In this document: piece by piece, positions 44,931-56,207 of the stretch
Layout of the letters: each line of letters begins with the position of its first letter
Numbering within the stretch: position 1 is the stretch's first letter
NCBI GenBank assembly: GCA_977017645.1
Contig: OZ360226.1
Coordinates: 146,754,001-146,818,000, forward strand
Direction of reading: 5' to 3'
From: Torpedo marmorata
Taxonomy: Eukaryota
Length of the DNA stretch: 64,000 nt
Position numbers and translations under genes: made by a program
Notes under the pieces: generated by a model
Databases searched by the model: none
The model's input: the letters and a program-made list of their open reading frames with translations, nothing else
Told to the model about the DNA's origin: nothing

Positions 44931-45746
44931 TTAGTACGGTGTCGGGGGATTAATGCTGATTTCGGCTCCTGTGTCCATGAGGAACCGCCGTCCGGAATTC
45001 TTGTCCCTGACGTACAGTAGGCTGTCTCTGTGGCCAGCCGTCGTAGCCACTAGCGACGGCTGGCCTTGTCGTTTCCTGGACTTGCAGGGGAACCTGCACC
45101 GGCGGCCCTTCGAGCCCCAACGACGGTGGTAGAAACACCAATCGAGGTTGGCGTCGTCGCTGCTGCTACCGTGAGCTGTGCGTTCGGTGGGACGAGGAGG
45201 GTTGGGGTGTTGGGTTTTTGGTTTGACCACTTGATCAACCATTGTTTGACTCACCTTTCCTGCTTCCCAGAGAGTGTCCACTCGAGTTGCCACCGTCCTG
45301 GGCGTGGAGAAATCCGCCTCTGCGAGTGCCAGGCGCACGTTGAGTGGCATCATCTCTAAGAAAACCTGCTCGATGAAAAGGCGTGTGTGGCCTCCTGTGA
45401 GGACCAGCATCTCGTCCATGAGCTGTGAGGGCGATCTGTCTCCCAGCCCATTTAGCCACAACAAGCGGGCACCCCGCTCCCGTCGCGAAAGCCCGAAAGT
45501 GTTCATCAACAGGGCTTTGAAAGCGGGGTATTTACCCTCCTCCGGTGGTCGGTGCAGGAAATCTTCCACCCGTGCGGCTGCGTCCTCTCCGAGTGAGCTG
45601 ACCACATGGTTGTACTTGGTGGCATCTCCGGTGATGCTGTGGAGTGCAAATTGTGCTTCTGCCTGATCGAACCACACATGGGGTCTGTGGGTCCAGAAGG
45701 TCGGCAGCTTGACGGCGACTGCGCTGATGGCCGTGGAGTCGGTCAT
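44931..45746 (-). CDS. gag: CsRN1-type gag running into the protease frame, then a premature stop
   Basis: MTDSTAISAVAVKLPTFWTHRPHVWFDQAEAQF...; CHCC motif; RRFLMDTGAEIS. Confidence 0.8.
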   Translation of the reverse strand: MTDSTAISAVAVKLPTFWTHRPHVWFDQAEAQFALHSITGDATKYNHVVSSLGEDAAARVEDFLHRPPEEGKYPAFKALLMNTFGLSRRERGARLLWLNGLGDRSPSQLMDEMLVLTGGHTRLFIEQVFLEMMPLNVRLALAEADFSTPRTVATRVDTLWEAGKVSQTMVDQVVKPKTQHPNPPRPTERTAHGSSSDDANLDWCFYHRRWGSKGRRCRFPCKSRKRQGQPSLVATTAGHRDSLLYVRDKNSGRRFLMDTGAEISINPPTPY

Positions 45747-45768
45747 TGTAGGTCCAAATTTGGACTTT

Positions 45769-45780
45769 TCGGGGTCACCA
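45769..45780 (-). promoter_or_regulatory. Primer-binding site for tRNA-Trp
   Basis: TGGTGACCCCGA, 1 nt after the LTR; matches the first 12 nt of the avian retroviral tRNA-Trp PBS. Confidence 0.88.
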
Positions 45781-48089
45781 ATGTAGCGTGAGCTGCACAG
45801 AATTCTGAAGAACAACACACAGTCAGTGGGTTGCAAGCAAGACTGTTTAATCGGGTCTCGCAGCCCTGGCTTTTAAGCAGGGCTGCGAGCTTTATTGTTG
45901 TCGTTTACATGACCATTGCTGCTTAATCGCTGTCGTCTACGTGACAATGGGAGCTGTACATTACATTGGGAACTTTCCCATGTCTCCTGTCCTCCTTCTC
46001 CTGGTTGAAGAAGGAGGGGGGTCGGTGCCATCTTTGCGCCGGCCCCTGCTGTTGCCACGTGTACTTGCACGGCTGCCATTGCGGGCACCGGTTCACTTGC
46101 CCAGAACGGGTACCGCTACATAAATACCAAACCAACTCCAGTCTCTGCCACAAACACCATTGTCAAGCCAGCAGCTCCATCCGTCCCCATGGCAACTCTC
46201 AAAAATTAATCCTGTTTCATCATAGCATTGCTATCATAATTGACCTGGAGATCATCAAGACTACCTGCTGCCATCTATCATATTCAGTCTGCTACAGCCG
46301 AAACACCCATCCATGCTATTTTTTTGGTATCTCTAAATGCATGTAACAAGCATCCTCAATTTTTTGCTTTTCAAACATGGGCTGGATACTACCTTGTCCT
46401 CTGCTGTTGTGTAGAGCTTGCACATTCTAGCAGTTACTCCAGTTTCCTATATTCCAAAGATGGGCTGATTTGGTAAGTTAATTGGCAGCTGAAATTGATC
46501 CTGAGTGTAGGTGAGAAGTGAGAGAATGGAGGAAAGTAAGAAAGATAAGGTTACATGGAGAATGACTGATACAATTGAGAGCTGGCATAAACTTAATGAG
46601 AAGAATGGTAAAGGTAAAGGTTCCATTATTGTCACGTAATACTACATTTAGAATGTAACATACATGAAATTCTTTAATTTTTGTCTACTGTAAGGCAGAC
46701 AGCCTTGTATGTCATAAAAAATGAGAACAAAACTCTGGCCGCTATCTCCCTTGTGTTTTTAAAATTCTCTGCCTCCATTTCAAAGTCTCACTCCTTCCTT
46801 CCATAGTCATCAGTTCAAACCTCTCGATCATCCCTCAATTTAATATCATGGCATTGCTTTGGCTGCAAAAACTCTAAGCTCTGGAATTCCCTTCCTCAAC
46901 TTGTACCTCTGTCATTCTTTCCTAATTTAAGATGCTGCTTAAGATCTCCCTCATTGCCTTAATATTTCGTACAAGTACTGATATCCAATTTATTTGGTAA
47001 GTCTCTGATGAATAGCCTTCGGACCTCTTTGCTTGGTAAAATGTGACATAAGTGGTTGCAATCTATTTGAGTCACCAGTATTCTTCAGAGAGAAAAACGT
47101 CAAAGACACAACTCAGAACATTTCGTGGAACTTTACAGCTAATTAAGTACTTCAAGATTGTGCAACAGTTTTTTTCCCCCAAGCCATCAGGCTCCTCAAT
47201 TTTTAGATATATATGTGTATTAGCATGTTATAGTTTTTTTTTATTGTATTATGATATTTAAGTACGTCTGTCCATGGTCCTGGAGAAACGCTATCTCGTC
47301 TTACTGTGTATATGGTAATGAACGACAAATAAAGGTGACTTGACTTGACTTCTTAGTAGTCACTGCTCTTATTATGTAAGAAATGTAGAGGAAGCTTGTA
47401 CACAGCAAGCTGTGACAAATGGCCTTGAAGTTTATCCATTTTAGTGACATTTATTGAGGAATAAATAATAGTGGGAGCACTGAGGAGAAGTCTGTCACTC
47501 CTCTGCAAAATGATAACTTCCGATCTTTTTGTGCTTAATGTGTGTGAGCTTCATTTTTTAATAACTTCTCCATTTGGTCATGGAGCCAGCCAGTGGCTGG
47601 AGTAATGGGGAGTTGACCACCATAAACTTAATGGTAGAGCAGCAGAAACCTCGGGAATCTCTTGTATATGGCAGTCATTCAGTAGAAGTCAACAATGGTC
47701 AATCCTTTCTCTTCAACTTAATTTCCTGCAAAATTGCATCTATGTGGATTTAAGCAGAGGAAGCAGTTTATTCCAAAACTTGCTGTGGTTGGGTAACATT
47801 ATTTTAAAATATAGACATTGATCAGGAATGAAGGGGAGCAAACTCTGTTTTTAAGCACGTCTAGTTTTTAACTTTAAAACATTAAAATTGAGAAAAAAAA
47901 CACTCTTTCATAGCTCACTTGTATCTCATTATGTTTTTATCTAATGAAGATAAATCTCTGCCCAACATGTCTAATTTAGATGAATGTGCCTTCGTGCATG
48001 TGCATCCAAGTCTTGCATATTAATGTAATCTACATAATTGACAGAAGATAGCATGTTTGTACACTCAATATTTTAAGAATTTAGTGAAA

Positions 48090-49020
48090 TAAACTGGAGG
48101 CCATCCAGCAACCAATGACTAAATTAATTCCAATACCTAGGAGATTTACAATACCAAGGTTTTGAGAAGTATTTTAAGATGATGTCTTTCATGAAAATCA
48201 AGAAAAGATGAGTTCCTGGATGATACCAACGGATTAGAATACTGCAAATGTGGCTCCATCATTCAAGAAAGGAAGAAGATTTAAAAAGTGGGGAATTATA
48301 GGCCTCTTGTCTTGCCATCTGTTGTCAAGATACTGGAGACTACAATCAAGGAAGAAATAATCATTTAGAGAAGTTTAATGTAATCAAACCAAGTGAATGT
48401 GGTTGAAGAAAAGTAAATCCTGTTTGACAAAATTGTGAGAGTTCTTCTGTTACAGATTTGAGAGAGGAAAACCTGTTGATGCAGTATTTAGCTTTTCAGA
48501 AGACATTTGACAAGATGCCACATAAAAGGCTGTAACAAGATGTGAGCATATGGTATAAGAGGAAGTATGTTGGCATGGATTGAAGATTGTTTATTGCATA
48601 GAAGACAGAGTCAGAATAAATGGGTCTTTTCCAGACTGCAAGGGTGTAACTAGTGGAATGCCCAAAGATCACTACTTGGCCTTTAGATATTTATGATTGA
48701 TATCATTAAGCTGGAGGAGGGAGCTGGAGTATATGTAGCAACATTTATTCATAACACAAAAGTGGGTGGGAAGGCATGTTTACAGATGATATTTGGAGTC
48801 TGCAATATGATATAGATTAAGCAAGTGTGCACAAACTTGGCAAATGGAGTTTAATATCTGAAAGCATTCACTTTGGAAAGAGGAATCTAAAGTCAGGCTA
48901 CTAGCTAGATGCAGAATGATTGCAGAAGAGCAAGTGCAGGGGAATCTTGTGCATAAGTCACAAAACGTGTGCAAGCAGTTGCAGCAAGTGGTTAAGCAAA
49001 TAGCAAATTGGTCTTATTAG
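48090..49020 (+). mobile_element. Highly degenerate CR1 RT remnant
   Basis: Remnants of NYRP, FQKTFDKMPH, VTSGMP and WQMEFN. Confidence 0.6.
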
Positions 49021-49764
49021 CAGTAAAAACACAAAAATGCTGGAGTAACTCAGCAGGTCTTGCAGCGTCCATGGGGGGTAAACATTCATAACCAATGTTT
49101 CAGGCCTAACCTTGAAGAAGGGCTCAGGCCCGAAATGTTGGTTATATATCTTTACCTTCTGTGGGCCCTGTGAAACCTGCAGAGTTCCTCCAGCATTTTT
49201 GTGTTTCTACTACAATCAGTGTATGTGGACTTTCATGTTTTACTCTCTTGTCTTTTTTGCAAGAGGGTTGGTGTTTTGGAAATTAGGAGGTGTTGCTACA
49301 ATTGTACAGGGTACTGGTGAGATCACACTGGAGTATTGTAAGTTTTGTCCCTTTCTTTAAGAATGATATACTGGCATGGAGGCAGTCCCAAAATAAAACT
49401 TAACTACGCTAACTTCAGGGGTTGAGGCTGATCCCATCGTGAGTGACAAAAGAAATAATGTCTACTTTCTCTGTAGTTCAGATGAAAGAAGTGTGATGTT
49501 GAGCTGAGCTGAGTGGCCTACTCTGCTATTTTCTTGTGTTCTTGTACATCAGAAGATGTAGTGATTTATGTGCAAGGCAGAACCCTTAGGCTATATACAA
49601 GTATTTCTGCTTGCACACTTGTGAGCATCTTCTAATCAGTGTTGTCTTTTACATTGTTACGTAGTACACACGTAGCATGACTTCCCTGAACAATAGGATC
49701 ATAGTGTGTCCTTGCATGTTGGATACACAACATTGCTGATTGTTGTTTCCAGTGGTTTGCTCAC

Positions 49765-49839
49765 CATGGAGTTCACACTTGACTGTCTTGTGGATTTTTG
49801 AATAAGATGATGGAATTCTGCATTCCTCTTGGATCACTC
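49765..49839 (-). other. Putative host exon (75 nt)
   Basis: Acceptor CCTCCTTGTATGCATAG and donor ATG|GTGAGC in non-repeat DNA; product not recognised. Confidence 0.3.
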
Positions 49840-50353
49840 CTATGCATACAAGGAGGATTAGATGACCAATACCTTCATTATCTTAACCCTTGCTTTTCTC
49901 AGTAACCTTGGAAGCATCCGTCTGGACTGGGTCGTATCCATTTTAAGTTTTTATAGTCTTTTGAGTATCTCCTCTTTGCCTGTCTATTATCTCAAGAATT
50001 CTGGATGAAGGGTTTTCTGCCCAAAATGTCAACTACTGTTTTCCATGGATGTTGCCTCTAAATGTTTTGATTTCTAATCTGTTTTAAGCTTTCTCTAACA
50101 AATTGCTTCTTTTTTATAGGAGGGTTTTGGTTTCTTCTTGTGCTGGTTGCTGATCTATTGTCGTATTCTCTTTTTTCCTTTTCAACTTCCTTCCCTGATT
50201 TTTCTGATGGGCTAACATTCAGACAATCACTGCCATTTGTCTGGGCTGCAACCTGCAAAGGAAGTGCATTCACTTTCCGTTGAAGTGAAAGTCACAATTC
50301 CAAGAAGAGAATGTTTTGACATTAATCAGATGTTGGAAGTGTTGCCAGGTTAC

Positions 50354-50409
50354 CTGCAAGGACCCTGTAACCATTACTATCCTTGGGCTATAATAAAACA
50401 CCACACATC
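50354..50409 (-). other. Putative host exon (56 nt), followed by a 101-nt intron and an acceptor at 50252
   Basis: TTTCTGTCTACATTTCAG|G ... CAG|GTAACC ... CTTCCTTTGCAG|GTT; joins in frame to ORF 50058-50252. Confidence 0.35.
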
Positions 50410-51479
50410 CTGAAATGTAGACAGAAAGATAAGGATTGATTGATGGTAAAAGAATGACCTAAAGCACAGCAAGAAGCCAATGCTCATCCAGTGCTTGAAG
50501 GCATATGACACCAGATGAAAGGTGATTCTGACTTTGAATATTTTAAGAAAGGCTGCAGGCAGGTAGCTCAAATTCTGTTCTATACCTTTCACAATTGCAA
50601 ATGCCATTTATTGTTCCATGAATCAAAAACTTGCCATGCAGGTTGCTAGTGATGACCCTTTCCAGTTATTATCCAGGAAGGTATTTGATACAGAAACATT
50701 AAATTGTTCAAAAGCAGTTTAAATAAGTTGCCTCCATTCTAGTTGTATTGTATATCCTGTTCATTCAAATCACACTGTTTACAGCATCGAACCTGTTCAA
50801 TCAAGCAAGCAATACAACTCTGAAGAAGTATTTTAATGGTGTGGAAAATAATACTAGAGTGGCATTTTGACTCATTTGCAGGCATTGCAATTTCCATCTT
50901 TGACATTTAAGTGTTTAGAGATCAGAGCAACTCATGCTCACTTAAATTTTAAACTATTGGAGACTTCCAGCATCAGTCAGACCTCTCTTCTAACCAGGAT
51001 AATTAAGATTCCATTTTAATGTTCTTTTTTGGAATGTTAATAAAATTGGGAAACAAAAGGAATCTATTTGTTTTCATATAAAAAGGGAAAGCAAAAGTTG
51101 AAGTTGGTCTTTGGTAACAGAAATTGGCAAAAGTGAGCAAGCAGATAATTTTGTATTCATTTATTTCCACGAGGACATTAAGAATTTTAAGAAAGAACTG
51201 ATGGAAGACTTTTCTTCCATAATAAAGCCGAGTTAATGTCAAAATATCTACATCGCCAGCACACCACTGCAAGATTCTTTCATTTACCAGTTGGTGCAAT
51301 AAAATTGACACTGTGAAATCCCATATCAGAAGCCTTAATAATGAGTGATTTGTTTCAAACGAACAATGAAAAGTGAAATCTTTCTGTATTATTTCCTGAC
51401 TCAGATGTGCAGAAGTCTGTAATATACATTAATGAATGAAAAGAACCTGGGGTGAATTTTTAGTGGTCACATTATCATT

Positions 51480-53190
51480 ATAAAATGGGTTGGTTGCAGG
51501 AAGGGCAGGTCTCGCAGCTCAGTGTTCCAAGGTTCCATTTATTTAGATGTGCTAGAGAGGGAGGGATGAAATGGAAAGGGGCGGTGTTGCCACTCAGGGA
51601 AAATGTCACGGCAGTGCTCAGACAGGACACACTAGGGGGTCGTCTACTGAGGCTATATGGGTGGCACTGAGGAATGAGAAAAGGATGACAACATTAATGG
51701 GATAATGTTATAGACCTCCCAATAGCAGATATTGTGGGAGCAAATCTGCCGAGAGATAGCAGATAGTTGCACGTGACACCAGATTCTGATAGAAGGTGAT
51801 TTTAACTTTCCACACATTGACTGGGATTCCCATACTATAAAGGGGCTGGATATGTTAGAGTTTGCCAAATGTTTTCAGGAAAGTTTCCGAAATCAATATT
51901 TAGAGGTCCTAACTAGAGAGAGGGCAATACTGGATCTCCTATTAGGAAATGAGACCGGGCAGGTGATGGAAGTATGTGTAAGGGAACATTTTGGGTCCAG
52001 TGATAATGATGCCATTAAAGTCAAGATAATTATGGAAAGGGCTAGGTCTAGTACTTGGGTTGAGATTCTAAATTGGAGAAAGGACAGCTTTGATGGTATC
52101 AGAAAGGAGCTGGCAATTGTGGATTAGTACAGGTTGTTTTCTGGTAAGCGTGAGGCCTTCTAAAGTGAAATTCTGAGAATATAGTTTGTTTGTTTCTGTC
52201 AGAATTAAAGGTCAGACTAACAGGTATAAGGAACCTTGGTTTTCAAGAGATATTGAGGCCCTGGTTAAGAAGAAGAAGGAGGAGGTACATAGCAGGTATT
52301 AAATTAAATTTTTAAGTTTAGACATACAGCACAGTAACAGGCCCTTCCAGCCCATGAGCCCGTGTCTTCCAAATACCCCAATTAACCTACAACTCCCGTA
52401 TGTTTTGAAGGGTGGAAGGAACATGGAGAACCTGGAGGAAACCCACGCAGACATGGGGAGAACGTACAAACTCCTTACAGACAGCGCTGGATTTGAACCC
52501 AGGTCGCTGGTGTTGTAATAGTGTTGCGCTAACCGTGTGGGCCCAGCATGGTAACAGGCCCTTCCTGCCCACGAGCCCGTGCCACCCAATTAACCTACAA
52601 CCCCTGTACGTTTTTGTTCATTTAGGCAGCAACAAACAAACAAGGTACTTAAGAAGTATAAGAAATGCAAGAAAACACTTAAGAAGGAAATCAGAAGGGC
52701 TAAAAGAAGGCATGAGGTTTCTCTGGCAGACCAGGTGAAAGAAAATCCCAAAGACATCTGCAGAAATTTAGGAGCAAAAGGATAGCAAGGGACAAAATTG
52801 TACAGAGTGTTTAGCTATGTATGGAGCCAAAATAGATGGGGGAGATCTTAAATGTTTTTATTTGCATCTGTATTTACTCAGATGATGAACATTAAGTCTA
52901 TAGAAGTGAAGCAAAACAGCAGTGTGGTCAGGGACCTGATTCAGATTACAGAGGAGGAGGTGGTTGCTGTCTTGAGGCAAATAAAGGTGGGTAAATTCCA
53001 GGGGTCTGACATGATATTACCTCTGACCTTGAGGGAGATTTGTGCAGAAATTGTAGGGGGTCTTGCAGAGGTATTTGAAATGTCCCTAGCCATGGGTGAG
53101 GTGCTAATAGATTGGAGAATACCTAATATTTTTCTGTTGTTTAAGAAAGGCTCTAAGAATAATCTGGGAAATAATAGGCCAATGAGCCTG
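51480..53190 (+). mobile_element. Old CR1 ORF2 (EN-to-RT region), interrupted by a SINE
   Basis: GDFNFPHIDW, RERAILDLLLGNETGQV, FASVFT, DWRIPNI...NNRPMSLT. Confidence 0.8.
52305..52610 (-). mobile_element. V-domain tRNA-SINE plus a partial second 3' end
   Basis: Homologous to 27595-27841 (B-box GGTTCAAATCC). Confidence 0.8.
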
Positions 53191-53325
53191 ACTTTGAAGC
53201 ACATTGGTACCACGGCACTGGTCAGGGAGATGTTAAAGATGTCTGTGAGAACATCAGCCAGCTGGGCCGCACATCCCCTGAGCACTCTGCCGGGAATGTT
53301 ATCTGGCCCAGCAGCTTTCTGTGAC
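53191..53325 (-). mobile_element. Rex1/Babar RT fragment
   Basis: [42 protein letters not shown]. Confidence 0.7.
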
Positions 53326-53329
53326 AAAC

Positions 53330-54782
53330 GTTCAGGGGATATTTATGTGAAGTTATGAATAGGTATGTTCCAATGAGACAGGGAAGTTATGGTAGGGTAC
53401 AGGAACCATGGTATACAAAGGCTGTGAAAAGGCTAGTGAAGAAGAAAGAAAGGCTTACAAAAGGTTAAGAGGGATAGGTAGTGTTAGAGAACGAGAAGAA
53501 TATAAGACTAGCAGGAGAGAGCTTAAAAAGGAAATTAGGAGAGCAAGAAGGGGCCATGAGAAGGCCTTGGCAGGCAGAATTAAGGAAAACCCAAAGGCAT
53601 TCTACAAGTATGTGAAGAGTAAGAGGATTAAATGTGAGAAGATAGGACCTATTAAGTGTGACAGTGGGAAGGTGTGATGGAACCGGAGGAAATAGCGGAG
53701 GTACTTAATGAATACTTTGCTTCAGTATTCAGTATTGAAAAGGATCTAGGGGATTGTAGTAATGACTTACAGCAGACTGAAAAGATTGAGAATGTAGATA
53801 TTAAGAGAAAAGATGTGTTGGAGCTTTTGGAAAGCATCAAGTTGGATAAGTCACCGGGACAGGATGAGATGTACCCTAGGCTGCTGTGGGAGGCAAGGGA
53901 AGAAATTGCTGAACCTCTGGCGCTGATATTTGAATCATCATTGGGGAAGGGAGAGGTGCTGGAGGACTGGAGAGTTGCAAAAGCTGTTCCTTTGTTTAAG
54001 AAGGGGAGTAAAGATAGCCCAGGAAATTATAGACCGGTAAGTCTTACTTCGGTGGTTGGAAAATTGATGGAGAGGATCTTGAGAGACAGGATTTATGAGC
54101 ATTTAGAGACTTATAATAGGATTAGGAATAGTCAACATGGCTTTGTTAAGGGCAGGTTGTGCCTTACGAACCTGATTGAATTTTTTGAAGATGTGACCAA
54201 ACACATTGACGAAGGAGAAGCAGTGGATGTAGTGTATATGGATTTCAGCAAAGCATTTGATTAGGTACCATATGCAAGGCTAATTGAGAAGGTAAGGAGG
54301 CATGGGATCCATGGGGATGTTGCTTTGTGGATCCAGAACTGGCTTGACAACAGAAGGCAAAGAGTGGTTGTGGATGGGTCATATTCTTCATGGAGGTCAG
54401 TCACTAGTGGTGTTCCTCAGGGATCTGTCCTGGGGCGTCTACTATTCATGATTTTTATAGATGACTTGGATGAGGAAGTGGAGGGATGGGTTAGTAAATT
54501 TGCTGTTGACACTAAAGTTGGGGGTGTTGTTAATAATGTGGAGGGCTGTCAGAAGTTACAGAGGGATATTGATAGAATGCAAAACTGGGCTGAGAAGTGG
54601 CAGATGGAGTTTAACCTGGACAAGTATGAAGTGGTTCATTTTGGTAGGTCAAATAGGATGGCAGAATATAGTATTAATGATAAGACTATTGGCAGCGTGG
54701 AAGTTCAAAGGGATCTTGGGGTTCAAGTACATAGAACACTCAAACCAACTGCACAGGTTGAGTCAGTGGTTAAGAAGGCATA
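53330..54782 (+). mobile_element. CR1 ORF2 fragment (RT), truncated at both ends
   Basis: ORFs 53408-53677, 53674-54264 and the first half of 54325-55431. Confidence 0.9.
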
Positions 54783-55140
54783 CGGCCCACAAAGTTGTGC
54801 CGAACATGTCACTACTCTAGGAATTGATAGACTTACTTATATCCCTCTACCTATCCAAAAGTCTCTTAAAAGTCCCTATAGAATCCGCCTCCACCACCGT
54901 TGCCGGCAACTCATTCCACGCACCCACCACTCTCTGCGTAAAAAACGTACCTCTGACATTTCCTCTGTACCTTCTTCCCAACACCTTAAACCTGTGTCGC
55001 CTTGTAGCAACCATTTCGACCCTGGAAAAAAGCCTCTGACTGTCTACATGATCAAAGCCCCTTATCATCTTAAACACCTTAATCGTGTCCCCTCTCATCC
55101 TCCTTTGTTCCAAGGAGAAAAGGCCAAGTTCCCTCAACCT
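54783..55140 (-). mobile_element. CR1 3'-end fragment
   Basis: RLRELGLFSLEQRRMRGD...FFTQRVVGAWNELP. Confidence 0.85.
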
Positions 55141-55310
55141 GTTAATTCTGCTAAAGGTTCTATTGCTAAAGTAAACAATGCTGGCGACAAAGGGCATCCT
55201 TGTCTAGTTGACCTAGTCAACAAAAATTTTGAAGAAGTTCGTCCATTAGTTTTAATCCAATTAATAAATGTATTTCCAAAACCAAATTTTTATAATACTT
55301 TAAATAAGTA

Positions 55311-56207
55311 CCGTATATTTCGGCGTATAAGTCGACCGGCAGATAAGTCGACCCCCCTTTTTCAGCCTCAATTTAATGGTTTTATGGTATATCTGGCGTA
55401 TAAGTCGACCCCCAAAAATCGCGATGCCTGAGATGTTGCGCATTGACCGGCGTATAAGTCGACCCCCAATTTTCAGGCTGTCTGGGCCTCCCAGCAACAA
55501 CCCAAAATTCATTACAACATCCCAATCGCCAAGGAACAAAGCTGTAAATTAAGCAAGTACCGGTAAGTAAAAAAAACAGTAAAAAAAACCTTTGCTTCTG
55601 GCCGGGAAGATGCAGGTGCGGCGACGTCATTCTCCCAGGCAGGAGCGGGGAGCTCGTTCTCCCGAGCAGGAGCGGGGAGCTCGTTCTCCCGAGCAGGAGC
55701 GTGGAGCTCGTTCTCCCGAGCAGGAGCGGGGAGCTCGTTCTCCCGAGCACGAGCGGGGAGCTCGTTCTCCCGAGCAGGAGCGGGGAGCTCGTTCTCCCGA
55801 GCAGGAGCGGGGAGCTCGTTCTCCCGAGCAGGAGCAGGGAGCTCGTTCACCCGGGTAGGAGCGGGGAGCTCGTTCTCCTGGGTAGGAGCAGGGACCTCGG
55901 GCTCTACAATTGTAGAATGTCTGGGTGGTTTATGGCGGCGCCCGGCGGTGGGGAGGTGTCGTGGAGAGGCGGCGCCGGCGGTGGGGAGGCGCTTCCATGT
56001 TCGACCTATACGCTGAATCGTGTTTTCAGGGGTCGACTTATATGCCGAATCGTGTTTTCAGGGGTCGACTTATACGCCGAATCGGCGTGAACTCGATTTT
56101 GAGCTGATTTTAAGGTCTCAAAAGTATATCCGGCGTATAAGTCGACCCCCGTTTTTTGAGACATTTTTGAGGGTTTCAAGGGTCGACTTATACACCGAAA
56201 TATACGG
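55311..56207 (+). mobile_element. Non-autonomous derivative of the pogo at 23691-25573
   Basis: Same TIRs and subterminal repeats, TA on both sides, no transposase. Confidence 0.93.
55630..55893. repeat. 27-bp minisatellite (GAGCAGGAGCGGGGAGCTCGTTCTCCC), about 9-10 copies
   Basis: Seen directly; explains the repetitive PARENELPA / ARSPEQERG ORFs. Confidence 0.93.

Larger units (their letters stand above)
44281..46120 (-). mobile_element. CsRN1-clade Gypsy element: 5' LTR, gag, PR and start of RT; 3'-truncated
   Basis: LTR 45782-46120 with TGTAGCG/CGCTACA termini; tRNA-Trp PBS; gag CFYHRRWGSKGRRCRFPC (CX2HX9CX3C); MDTGAEIS; [11 protein letters not shown]...[11 protein letters not shown]. Confidence 0.9.

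Noticed and set aside
55382-56090. Repetitive ORFs (PARENELPA, ARSPEQERG, LLGRTSSP)
   Set aside because: Readings of the 27-bp minisatellite in different frames.
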